From Camelus dromedarius (taxonomy: Eukaryota): a stretch of DNA of 64,000 nt. The DNA is taken from the NCBI RefSeq assembly GCF_036321535.1, contig NC_087437.1, forward strand, positions 48,672,001-48,736,000. Reading direction: 5' to 3'. Under the pieces are notes generated by a model that was given only the letters and a program-made list of their open reading frames with translations, did no database searches and had not been told where the DNA came from. Position 1 is the first letter of the stretch. The number at the start of each line of letters is the position of its first letter. Made by a program: the position numbers and the translations under genes. Shown piece by piece: positions 37,116 through 49,924 of the stretch.

Positions 37116-39659
37116 GCCTACAGTTCTAGGTATATATTATTTTTACTACATCACGCTACCATCATCCAACTAATGAATCAAACAACACATTACAGTGTTG
37201 GTCTTGACTCACACTGCCGTACTCTCAAGGCCAGCCCAATCAAGTCTCCATCTACAACGTATTTGAGTGTTACCATATAGCTTCCCCTGAGTAAGGCAAC
37301 TCCTGCCCCGAAGATGAAATAGACAACAAATGAGTCTTCTAACTGAATGCAATGGTTTTGTTGATGCTATAGGTAAAACCCATCACTTCTACTGGCTATC
37401 TCAGTGAAATAACTTATATCTCAATTGGCAAAAATTTGAGAGCAAAAGATACCCAACAAAAGGCAGTGTTAGAAATAACCAAAGAAACTCAAGGCTTTTG
37501 ACTTTCTTCTGCTAACAGCGATTTTTAAAAGATTTTGCTTCTCTCTTATTGCTAATGCCTTTTATATATTAGTATTTTCCTCTTTATTAATTCCCTAGAC
37601 AAACCAGCTTCCTTTCTGTGAAATGACTTGCCACTAAGTGCAAAAAAGGTCAAGTAACTGTCCTTGTTCTCTTCACTGGATGATGTGAAATATTTTCAAC
37701 TACACAGTGAGGTGCTCTGGCCAAGAAAAAAAAAAGCTAGAGTGTACAAGTATGTGTGGAGGCGGGCAGAGGTGAGCGAGAGAGAGAGAGAAAGGAGACG
37801 CGAGGAGAGGAGGGGAGAGGAGAGAGAGAAAGCTAACTAGACCCTTTTTGCTCCCTTGTCTTTTTGTTCCTTAGTTAGAAACCACCTCTACTTCACCTCT
37901 TGTCTTCCCAGGTCATTACTATCGTTATAGGTGTCACACAATGTTAACCGTACTCCCAGGACTACACAGCAAGGCAAGGGTAATGCCAAAATCTAGAGGA
38001 AATTCTAGGGAACCCAAAGGAAAGGAAGGGGTGAGGCCTCCAAAATCCTTTATGCACCTCAGTTGTCATAAACTGGGTAGCGGTTTGAAGAGGAGCAATT
38101 TACATGCCTGCTTTTTTCAGAGCAAGTCTCACAGTGGCACCTTCCTCTGTCGTTGTTTCTCCTAAACTTTTCCAGCTCTTTCTTCTTATGTAAATATATA
38201 AGTCCTGCACCCCATTTCATGCTTTATTATTCCCAAATAGCAAATGCATTAGGCCCTTTGATTCATCTGTGGAGAATGCATTTTGAAGCAAAGCTTAATA
38301 CCCTAAAATGGTTAGTTCATGGGGTTTTAATTTTAGGAATATCAGAAAAGCATTAATTCATAGTCTTCAATTGGCACAAAAACTCAACGGATCTCCTCAT
38401 GGAAAATCCCCCTCCCGTCCTTTGCTCAGAAGTGTGTGTAGGAGACTTAATGCAAATCAAAGTCCTCATAAAACTTGTGTGCTACCTGCTGGCTTCCTGG
38501 AGAGGCCGCCCAGACCACAGTCTTGTAGAAAACCTGTCACCATAGGGAAGGCGAATCCTTGAAGTCTTACGGTGGTCAACCAAAAGAAAACTCCTACCAC
38601 CTCTGGGGCTTTCAAAATGTTTTTATTAGAGACCAAGTTTTAGTCCCATGACCAAAAGCAAGGCCTGAAGCCCCTGATCTTATTTTTATTTTCTGTACTG
38701 ATCCGACCACCCTGCTCAGTCACCCTTCTGTAAAGACAGTGTGGTCAGTTTCATATCACAAAAATATTAGCTTAAAATAGATGATGGTTCATTAAAAACT
38801 GCATAATGCTAATGGCAATTTTGTGACTATTATTAATCAATGGGTCATTTTTTTCTCTTTCTGCGTAAGGATAACTTTTGAGCAAATCATCCTCCATGAA
38901 AATAAGTAGTTTCATAGTAAATGAATAGCTGGAAAATAATTTCTGCAAAACAAAACAAAACACACAAAAAGCAGATATTCAACATTGATTTTAAAATCTC
39001 AGAACCCAGGAACCAAGCAGAGATCATATATATGATCTGTACCTCCCTACCCACTACAGACATCCTTGATAGATCCTCAAACTTTTCCAGATAATCTGTC
39101 CTATTGTTAGATATTTCCTCTTTAGATTGAACTGAAATCTGTAGCACTAAACATTCTATTCATTGATGAAAGATGGAAACAAAGAGCATGTGAAAGTCAT
39201 AATCATTCATTCAATCAATGAACATGGTAGCAGGCACTGCATTACAGCTGCCCAGGAGTCAGGGTGACAGGGGAGCAAGCTGGAGGCCTGAGGATTCTGT
39301 CAACTGAAGGGGAAGCTGAAATTCTAGACTGGGGCAGGCTAGTTGGAGTGAGATGGAAGATTAGAAGAAGAAACCATCTGAATCAGAATAGAGCAGAAAT
39401 CTGTCTCTTTCATGGCCCTAGAGTCCATGAAATGACAGATATTTCTACATCAGAGGCCAGGCAATTCATAGGAAATTATGTAGAGCTACTGGGGGATTTT
39501 TTTGTTCCTTCAATACCAATTTCCACTGCATATTAGTTTTTTTCGTTTCACAGGTGAAATTAGTAGTTTCTAAAATGTAGATAAAATAGGCAATTTTTGA
39601 AGTAAAAATTATCCAACCTTCAATTCCTTCAGCTTCTAAGAAAAAGAACCATAATCCAG

Positions 39660-40020
39660 AAAAATAATAATTAAATCCAGACTCTTGTCCCAGATTCTGT
39701 CTGATCTTAAAAAAGCTGTTTAACCTCTCTGAGCCTGAATTTCTCCATCTGTAAAAAATTAGAGTTAAAGTATGTCTTACCACATCACAGAATGGTTGTG
39801 AGGCCACAAAAAGTGACCATTCATCAAACTCTGGGCCAGATTTTGAGTTCTGCAATTTAGGTATATTACCTCCGAAATCCTCACAACAGTCCTGTAAAAT
39901 GAGAACCTTTATCCCCATTTTCCAGATGATGAAACTGAGGTTCCCAAAGGTTTGGCAATTTTCCACTGGCACTTTAGCACATGCATCTGACTCCAAAGCC
40001 CTTTCTCTTAACTAGGTGCT
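39660..40020. mobile_element. Two MIR fragments (+ about 39660-39820; - about 39870-40020)
   Basis: taacctctctgagcctgaatttctccatctgtaaaa; ccccattttccagatgatgaaactgaggttc. Confidence 0.85.
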
Positions 40021-40269
40021 AAACTGGGAAGGGTCAGCAACTAGACTTCTTATGTAAACACGTGAAAGGAAATGCTAACAATATGTTTATCTCCCCTACA
40101 ACATGCCTGTTTATATGAATTTGACAGTGGATTTCTTATTACTATTACTTTCACTGAAAAAGGAAAAAAACTATTGTAAAATTTTTAAAAAGTTTCTCAC
40201 AATACAGTCTAATGAGTAAAAACCACACACACATGCGCACACACACACAAACACACACACTCTTCAATC

Positions 40270-41500
40270 AGCCAGTCTCAGTCTTGCTCTACCTCCCATT
40301 ATTAACAATTTGTAGGTATATCTTTCCAGAGCTTTTCGATGCACTGCACATATACATAGATAGATTTTTATATCAATAGGACTACACTACACATATTATT
40401 CTAAGATTTGCCTTTTTTTTTTTTTTACTAATCAATGGACCTCTTTCAGTCTGCATAATATTCCATGTGTAGGTGTACCATATTTATTATCTTAATGCTA
40501 ATGAACTCTTAGTATGTTTCCAATTTTCAGTTATTACAAATGTTATAATGAACATTATACATATATCTTTGAGCAGGTGTACAAAATATTTCTATAGAAT
40601 TGCTTTTAAAGGTGAATTGCTGGGTCAGGTAGTTTGTGTATTTTTAATCTGGATGAGTATTGTATCAATTCACCTTCCATCACAGTGTTTGTGTGCTCTT
40701 TACATCCTCACTAAAACTAGACATGGGCAGGCTTTTACATTTCTGCTAGTTTAATGGAGAAAAAATGGTAACTTGCTTTCATCTGCATTTCCCTGAATGC
40801 TAGTGAGATGATACATTTGTGTTTACTATCTAGTTGTATTTCATTTTCCAAGAATTATTTGCCTTTCCATATCTGATCAATTTTCCATTGGCATATTTTT
40901 CTTTTTACTATTAGATTTGTAGGAGAACTTTACCTATTGTAGATATTACTCCTTTGAATATTACATGTATTGCAGATATTTTCTTTCAGTTTATTGTTTG
41001 TCTCTTAACATTTTTTAATGAATAGAGAAAATTTTTCATTTTTTTTTTTAATTTTCATTTTTATGTAGTTAAACTTGTCACTTCTTTTCACATATGACTT
41101 GGTAACTTCATGTTTTGCTTAGAAACTTCTCTGGCTGAAGTTCATAAAAAATATTCTCTTATATTTTCTTCTAGGATTTTTATGGTATTGTTATTTTGTT
41201 GTGTGTTTGTTTGTTACATTAAATTCTCACTTACCCTGAATTTTTTTGTGAACAGTAAGGATCTAATAGCATCTTTTCTCAAATGGGCAACCAATTGTCT
41301 CAACACATGAATTGAATAGATCATCTATTCCACTGATTTGATATGTACTTTTATCATAACTACATCATCATGTATACATTGATCTTGTTCTAGACTTTGT
41401 ATTCTTCACTGCTTGTTCCATCCCTGTATCAATACCACATGCATATTAACATATCTTTATCATATATTCTTCATTTACTGTTGGTAAGGTAAGTCTTCAA
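40270..41500 (-). mobile_element. Old L1M antisense fragment
   Basis: T-rich; tgtttccaattttcagttattacaaa; catctgcatttccctgaatgctagtgag; caattgtctcaacacatga. Confidence 0.8.
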
Positions 41501-41959
41501 AGGCAGTTCTCTTCCTAAATTTTCTTATTCATTTTAAGTAATGGTGCCAAGGGATCCAGATGAACCCTATATGCCTGTTTACTCTTAGAACTGCTAAATT
41601 CATGGGGAAAATAGTGCTACTTCTGATGAAAACATTATTAATACATATCATACTGAAAAAAGTCTGTTTGAAGTTACCTAGAATACCAAATTCCACCACT
41701 ACATCTTCATACCAAAGCGATTATGCCCCTGAGTGACTGATTTTGAGAACCTCAGTCCTTGGCATCTTTCCCTCTTTTCCCAATTAATATAGTCAAGAGA
41801 CAAATATCTCTCAAATCTTGTTCCCTTAGAAAGGCAGGAAATTGATCAAAAATCCTGGTTTTCATAAGTGATAATATAACATCCATGTAATTTGGAGAAT
41901 TCATATTAATACACATTTTTAAATAATTATGAATATCTAATAGATATATTTAAGTAATT

Positions 41960-42180
41960 AGAGCCAGAGTAGTTCAGTGATTTAAATTATGGGCTTTAGA
42001 ACCAGAAATTTTAATTCATCTCATAGATTGTGGTAAGTTACTTAACTTCTTGGGAAACTCAATTTCCTTACCTATAAAATAAAGATGAAAATGCCTACGT
42101 TGTCTGTAAGGATTGGAAATAATGTATGCAAAGTACTTAAACATTGCAGCACTTAGTAGATACTCAATAAATTGTGATGC
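41960..42180 (+). mobile_element. MIR SINE
   Basis: ggtaagttacttaacttc...ctcaatttccttacctataaaat...tagtagatactcaataaat. Confidence 0.8.
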
Positions 42181-45100
42181 TATCAGTCATTTCTGTTGTA
42201 TGCATATAGCAGTTTTCTCTTTTCAAAGTGCTTCTGTGGGTCTTTTCGTGTTCTTTCTATGGATGAAATATGGGCACAGGGACTTTGGGAGGGAGGGCTG
42301 CCGGCAATCATTCACTGCTGAGGAGGAAAACAAGGGTGAGCTTGAGAAAGCACTGTACACTGTGGGATCTCAAGGACTCAGATTCCTCCTGTATCCCCAG
42401 TCAAGACCTGAGAGACAGAGCTCCTTTGAGAGCATTTGAATGTTAGGAATGTATGAGGTTTTTATAAGATGATCCATTTAAAATAGATCATATTTAATCC
42501 CATTTAGGATCTGGTTTAGATGAGATTTTCTATATAACCCCTGTAAATGAAAAATACTGTCAAAATTCTTGCTTCCTTACATTTCACAAAATCAGTGGGA
42601 AAATAAAGTTGTATGTACATTTTTCATCATTTCTTTGAGTCTCATTGTAGGCCAATAAAGTATGTATTAAAAATCCTCACTGTGTCTAACTTGCTTACCT
42701 GCTGAAGTAACCACTTAATTATGCTATAACCTTTATTGGAGGTGCAATTTAGAGGTAAGCTTAAATAGCTCAGTGGTGGTTTCATTTCAAGCAATGAACA
42801 ATCGTATTTTCTCAACATTGCAAAAAATTCACTTTCTATCCATTTGCTAAGAATGACTTGTCTCCATATTTTCTTCCCATCCCTAAAGCACTGGTCAACA
42901 TGCTTTGGTATATGTGCAATTTAGCATAGAACAACAAGGGCAATAAAGAAATAAACCTCAATTTGCTCATAAATAGGTCATTCAGGGAGCAAGTCAGAGA
43001 ATATATATCTTGGGGAGTGTGTACAAAAAAACATGGTATAGACACTGATTATTGTTGCCTTCAAAGTAGAGTGTTACTTTTTGGGACTCAATGCCCAAAG
43101 TGGATGCTTTCAAGGCATAAAATTATATGAAAACTGACATGTGATGTAAAAGGCAGAGTGAATAATACATATTTTAGAAGTTTGCAGTCGAGTATCTGAA
43201 ATGTATTTGAATCTAATCATTTTCCTTGTGAATGGTAATGTGATAAAAATAAAATTTCAAGCCAGTTTTTAAATGGACAAAGCAATAACCACATATAAAT
43301 GAACAATAAATCAACACTTTAAAAAATTAACAAAAAGGCCACTTAGTACATACATGACCATATATTTTTACATTTTGCATTTGCAAATAATGACGCCTCA
43401 CATGGATGGTAATAATTGTTACTGGCTTTTAACATTGGGCAAAGCACAAATACTAAATGTACTTGAAGCTCAGCTTTAAGTAGATTATGAACATTTAATA
43501 TAGAATGTTATCATAATATTCAGAGCACCAAATTGCAGACTTCTGTCACCCACTTTCAAGCATGCTTCTGAAGATCATAGTTAATTCTGCTGATTTATGG
43601 TAATGCTGCAGCATTATCGTCCACAGCATCAGAAACCACTAACAAGCTTAGTATAAGCTTGGGCTGAAATGGTTTGAGGTTTAAATTTCTGTAACGATTA
43701 TAAAGTAGAAGGAGTAAAATCCCACTTCAGCAAAAAAAAAAGAAAAAAAAGTACCGCATTTCTACTTAGTATCGCAACCATCCCCCACCACCCCCATAGT
43801 CTTCCCTGGCTACATCAAGAAAAGTAACTTTTAATGGACTGGCATTTTAAATTTGCCATATAGTCTTTTCTAAATGATAATATCCCTAATTCAAATATAT
43901 AATGCTCACAATTTTTCCTTGCTGAGGAAGACTACTCTAAAAGAGGTTACTCTACCCTATCTTTCTAAAACGGTTGCTCTTTTTAAAACAAATTCCATTC
44001 TGGAGGCCCCCTTTTTGAACATTAATTTACATTACATTCAATCTTCTAGAAAATGGTTAGAAATCAGAACATTTTAATGGCCATTATCCTCTTCTGGCCA
44101 AATGATTGTGTCATGTTAATGTAAGGCCCTTAAGCAGATGAGACCCATTTGTTGTCTTCTTTCGGGCTGTTGAAGTCAAAGGAAGTCCCGGTCTGAATCA
44201 GCACAGTAAACAGGGGCTTGTCTATCCAGACTGCTCCCCCAAAGGTGAGTGCATCCTTATCACTGAACACAATGAACAGATGCTAACAGTGGCAAGAAAT
44301 TTGTAGCGTCTTCAAGATGACAAACACGGTAACATCCACACCAACCCTGCTGCAAAACAAAAGAGCAGCTCCTGCGGTTGCAAACCGAATTCTAAGAAAG
44401 AGAGCTAAAGGAAGAACTCCGTGTCACACACTTGTGGCTATACCCTCCTGCTTGGAATGAGATAGAGACAAATCCAGCAGGAAGTGGCTTGGTGTTTTCT
44501 GTAAGAAAATAAATTTGTGCTGCCATTCAGAGGTTTAGCAAGTGTCTCTCTATGAAAAAGCCCATCTTTGCCTTTTCTTTCTTGGGTAATAGCCACATGA
44601 AAAATAGGACGGGCACAGGGGACACATGTTCCACAAAGGTGCTAATGGTCTGGGGTGGGGCTGGTTTGGGCACAGACTTGCCATGAACCCTTCCTGAAAG
44701 CCTAAGAGATGGTCGGTAACATAGACCTCCTTGAACTCTAATTTCAAAAAACCAGAAAGTAGGCCGACCCTTAGGACGCAGGGAAAACATACAGGTAAAG
44801 AAAACAGAATAATAGTGTGTTAATTTACAGTGCTTGTCTCTGTACCAAAAACCAAAGAAGAGGAAACAGCTTGTAATACTTGTTTTCATTTGAGAGCGAT
44901 ATTTTGGTATCCCTGAAGGCAAATCTTGTTCAGGACAACAAAACAAAACTGAGATTCTTAAAATTCTTCTTTGCTCTAAGAGGGTGAATGTCTTTTATGT
45001 GGGTAGAGGAGGTGTCCCTTTAAAGTATATGCATAAAGATTGAACTATGACTCAGGAATAGCCATTGATGGGCGTGAATGGGAGAGAAAATGTAAGAGAT

Positions 45101-45539
45101 GAAGTACAACTAGGTTGGTGGGAAACTAAGGAAGTAAGAAGAGAGACTGGAGCATCTGTGTGGATTTGGTACCAGGATGGCAGGGGTACCCAGGGAACAG
45201 AGCCTCTGTGATTCCTAATGGGCTTCCCAAGGCAGAGCAGCAAGGTCAGTAGCGAATGTTCAATATAAAGTGAGCAATGGGTCAAAACAAACAAACAAAC
45301 AAAAAGCAAACCAAGGAAAGAAAGTAACTCGTAATTTCACGCCTTTTAGAACCCAGAGCAAAACGGGGAAACCACAGGTCTCCCTAAGATTCCGGATGGC
45401 TCCTCTTCTGAAGTTCAAACACCGACTCCTCACCACGGCTTTCTTTTCAAGATGTCATTCTCCCGCCTCCACACTCACTACCAAACAAACATAGAAATCT
45501 ACTACTGTTCTCCCCATGCACTCCATTTTCTTCCAATCT

Positions 45540-46140
45540 GAGAGCCATTTGTGTGTATAATTGAAAATTAGCAGTGCAGCTGTTTGAAGAGAGTAATTTA
45601 TCACAGCGCATTGTTCGTGCCTGACACTTTAGACCTGGCTCTAACAAGCCAGTGGTTGCCGGGGGTTGAGCTACAGAAAGTGATTCGGCTGTAATGCTGC
45701 GTTTCCCCTGCTTTGTTGCTAATTGTAGCCTCTTTTTCTCCATTGAATTGGGAGTTGAGTAAAAGAGCTTGTTTGCTCTGTGCGGTGAGGCTGCCAGGGC
45801 CGCTTGGGCTATTATCACAAGATACTCTTGATCTTTTGAAAAGCAGGAAATAGAATTTTTCTCCAACAGGGAAAGTAATTTGCGATGCGTCCATTAGTTC
45901 TTCATTAAAGCAAGATTAAATTGCATGGCAAATCACATCTGTGTTTGGATGATTAAAGGGTGGCATTTTAGAGGCCAAAACTAATTACTAGTCAAAATGA
46001 ATGGGAGTGAAAAAACAGTCATGTTTTTACATTAGATAGTGTGGCTTGTAATTAGATTCAAGCTAATTCCACTATTTCTTCTCTTTTAATGAGATGAGCC
46101 TGTCCTCATCTTTTTCTAGGCCATGCTAACAACCCCAAAT
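45540..46140. promoter_or_regulatory. Probable conserved non-coding element / developmental enhancer
   Basis: Repeat-free and CpG-retaining, with dense homeobox (TAATTA 45982, 46049), Sox (CATTGTT 45609), E-box (CAGCTG) and TGACA motifs. Conservation is inferred, not measured. Confidence 0.55.
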
Positions 46141-48149
46141 GTATAATTTTGATAATACTAAGAGTTTACTTTGTTGAAATTTCTTTGCTACCTGCCACAA
46201 GTGACTGTTCTCTCCAGTGGTACTTCATTATATAGAAACGCAGCAACTCAGCAATATAGCTTACAACAAGTCATTCCTACAGGGGAAAGAGTAATTTTAA
46301 ATGAATATACATACATGTATATACATAAAAATGTATACCTTTTTAAGTGTTATCAAAATTAGCCATCTCCAGAAAGTGGTGCAAAACAAATCCTTCTCAG
46401 TTGGGCAACTCAAACAAGTACCTTTAGCAATGACAAGTGAGAAGTAAGGTTTGCATGCAATAAAGTACTGAAGGGCTCCAAAGTCAGTGTGAATTTGGGT
46501 GCTAGATTTTTTTTTCCTGCCTTGCAGTATAATTTTTCTCATCTCTCATGTATGTTTTCACCTTTTCCTATGATTAAGGCATGTTATGATGGATTCCCCT
46601 CTGAGTTTCAGTTTCTATTTTTAGTAAAAACAAACACTGGAAATTAAAAGCATTGCACCAAGGAAAAGAAACATGTAAAGACCCCCCAAAACAATTATAT
46701 TTCTCAAAAGTAGGTTAAATTTGCTTTCAGAAATATGTTTCAGTTTTTAGGGGTGGAAAAACAGTGATTTCTGAAGTAACTATGGATCATATTTAGATGA
46801 ATCAAGCAGACATTGAAGGAATAAAAGAAGTAAATGGGCATTTACTCTGACCTAGGTGCTCTTGGGTACACTGCCTTAACAGAAACGCCTTAGGAGGACC
46901 AGAAGCCATTCAGCTCTCTGGACTCCATGTTTGACCACACCAGCTTCAGCGGCCTCAGTGAAATAGCAGCCTATTAAACAGGACAACACAAAATTTTCCC
47001 TTTATGGCAATTAACTCGGACTTTGACATCAGGATTTCCAACTCACTTGTGATTAAGTCATTATTTTAATAAAACTCTTTATAACCAAGTCCCCACTGAA
47101 GCTTTAGGACTGTAAGTCAAGCGCTGTACTTTTCCCCCAGTTATTTCCAGAGCCTAGCACCTTTTATACAATTGAGAAAAATGAATAATTGACCAAAAGA
47201 AGAGAGAACAAATAAATAAATAAATTGGGTGAAAGCAATTTTCGCAAATCAAATTTTCCTCGGTACTTTTTTAGTAGTCAATGAAACGCAGGCCGTTCTT
47301 CCTCTGGTGATACAGACAAAAGAGCAAGTATGCAGCCTTTTAAAATGTGCGAACGTGGAGTTTACACGTGATGCCAATGCAGAGATAAGAACGGGGACAG
47401 GATTGCTGAGATCTAGGAATTATACCAGACACATAGATTTTTATATTAAGCATCTATGTGTCCATTTACTCACTTATTCATTCATTCCATTTGTTAACTG
47501 AATTTCATTTAAGTTAATTGCATTCTTTAACTTTTTGTACTATAGTTTCTCATATAACCAACCCTTAATACATGATATTTCCTAAGACAACAATAACTCC
47601 TGTTTCGTTCTTATTTTGCCCTAATCTTTTGCATCTTGTCACAAAAATGTCACAATGGCACAAGGTATTCAAAAGACTTCTGGTACAAAGCAGATGTACA
47701 ATGCAACACACAGAGGCAGTCACGATGGGGCAGTTCGTATACTGGTTGTTCACGTGTGTGGTGCTTTGACTGCAGTGCCAGTGAATCGTTAGAGATGATT
47801 TCTTTTGATACCAACTCAAGAAAATGGATAAAACCAAAGTTGGTGATCCATGATTCCACATGAACAAATGGGTACTAATTATGCTCCTATTAGCCATCTC
47901 AGGAGAGGGATGAGTTTGATTGACCTCTCAACAAAGTGTTCCTAGAAAGAAGTCTGTACTCAGCAACTTTCACTGAGGACTTATGGAGAGCTCTTTTCCC
48001 GGTACTTTGGGAACATGTTTCTTACCTTCAAGGAGTTTGAACTAAGGATCTTTATTGGTGATTTAAAAAAAAAACCCTAGTTACTACATATAACATTAAC
48101 ATCTTTTTCTTATGGTTGAGACCCTCGCTGTAAAATGACAATGTCAGTT

Positions 48150-48260
48150 ATCATTCCACATATACTTATTGAGGGCCTACTGGGTGCCAGGTACTGTTCT
48201 AGGTACTGGGGATATAGTAGTGCATAAAAAAGTTTCTGCTCTCATGGAGCCTATAAAATA
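48150..48260 (-). mobile_element. L2 3' end
   Basis: cttattgagggcctactgggtgccaggtactgttctaggtactggggatatagtagtg. Confidence 0.8.
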
Positions 48261-49282
48261 TAGAAACAAATAACAATAAGTTAAAAATTGTCTTAAATAA
48301 GAATTAAGAGGTCTTTAAAACCCAACTGATTAAAGGAACATTACAGTGCTTATTAAGCACGACATATCCAGTTCAGGTGCAAAAATAATTAGCAAGGTGT
48401 GGCTTTGTTTTCATCAGTGCTGCTCACCTCAGTTCATTTGGGCTAAAGGGACAATGACTGAATGAATTGTGAAGAAGGAAAGAGCAATTGTCCTCTTGAT
48501 GAGTAACAACTGGTTGAGGGGAGGAACCATTGGTTGTCCAAAACACCCTACTCCTAACTGCCAGAAACTCTTTCCTTGGGGCTAGTTGGGAAAAAGACAG
48601 ATCTTTATAAAGGGTCAACCTGGAAATAGGTAGTAAATTGGAACTTAACAAAATATTTTTTAAAGACTTGGCTAGTTATCCTGAAGCCAAACTATTTGGC
48701 AGAGTGCCAGAATCCCTGTTTGTTCACTCTGTGGAAATAAAGTGTTCCCTGCCAGTACTCTCCTGCAACTAATCCTGGAAGACATAAGATGGCCTCTGGG
48801 CAAACCCATCTGAAAGCTTCCTGTACTGTGTTTTTCCCAACAACCTGCTTCTTCAAGGAGAAGTATTTGTTAGTTTCCAAGTACCATTCAAGATCCTAAA
48901 GCCCATTTGAATGTGATTATTTTCCAATTATTGGCTTAATCAAAACTGAGCACAAATAACTCTATCTCAGGGAACAAGAGGACATAAGCCTTAAATTGTA
49001 TCACAAGTAACCTGTTTTAGAAACATTTTTTAATGCAGTCATTACAATGCCTGGCTAGGGGTGGGGGGATGGTGGGGGTTGGGCAGAATTCAACAAATGC
49101 TGTGACAAAGTCTATGTCTCTCAGCTTGAACTCTGGCGAGTATGACTAGACACAAAACCAACAGACTAAGATAAAGACTTTCAAAGCAAACACTTAAATT
49201 ATTTCTTTAAAAAAATTTTCCCTTCCACTTATTAAGCCTCCAAAGGAGTGCAGGAATTAAAAAAAGGAAATATAAAAAGATA

Positions 49283-49924
49283 CAATAGTGCCTCCTTATC
49301 CACAGGGGATACATTCCAAGACCCGCAATGGATGCAAAAAACCACAGATAGTACCGATCCCTATATAGACTACACTTTTTCCTATATATGTACCTATGAT
49401 AAAGTTTAATTTCTAAATTAAGCATAGTAAAAGATTAACAATAATAACTAACAATAAAATAGAACAATTAAAACAATATACTATAATAAAAGTTATGTGA
49501 ATGTGGTCTTTCTCTCTTAAAATATATTACTATACTGCACTCACCCTTCTTGTGATGGTGTGAGATGATAAAACACCTACTTGATGAGAGGAAGTGAGGT
49601 GAATGACAGGCATTGCGACTTAGCTTTAGGCTACATTTGAGCATCTGACTACATGTCAGAAAGATCATCTGCTTTGGGTGACTCTGGATCATTGAGCTTG
49701 AGGCTAGTTGATGTCAGGAGCAGACAGTGCTGCTGGTTGGGGATCCCTGGCAGAATGGGGTGGGATGGTGCAAGATTTCAACATGCTACTCAGAAAGTCT
49801 CACAATTGAAAACTTACGAATTGTTTATTTCTGGAATTTTCCATGTAATACTTTTGGACCACAGTTGACCTTGGGGAACCACACACCACTGAAAGCAAAA
49901 CCAGGGATGGGGCAAGACTTACTG
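49283..49924 (+). mobile_element. MER44 (Tigger7-related) non-autonomous Tc1/mariner element, both ends present
   Basis: Starts ta|caatagtgcctccttatccacaggggatacattccaagaccc and ends gacttactg|ta, giving TA TSDs. Confidence 0.85.
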
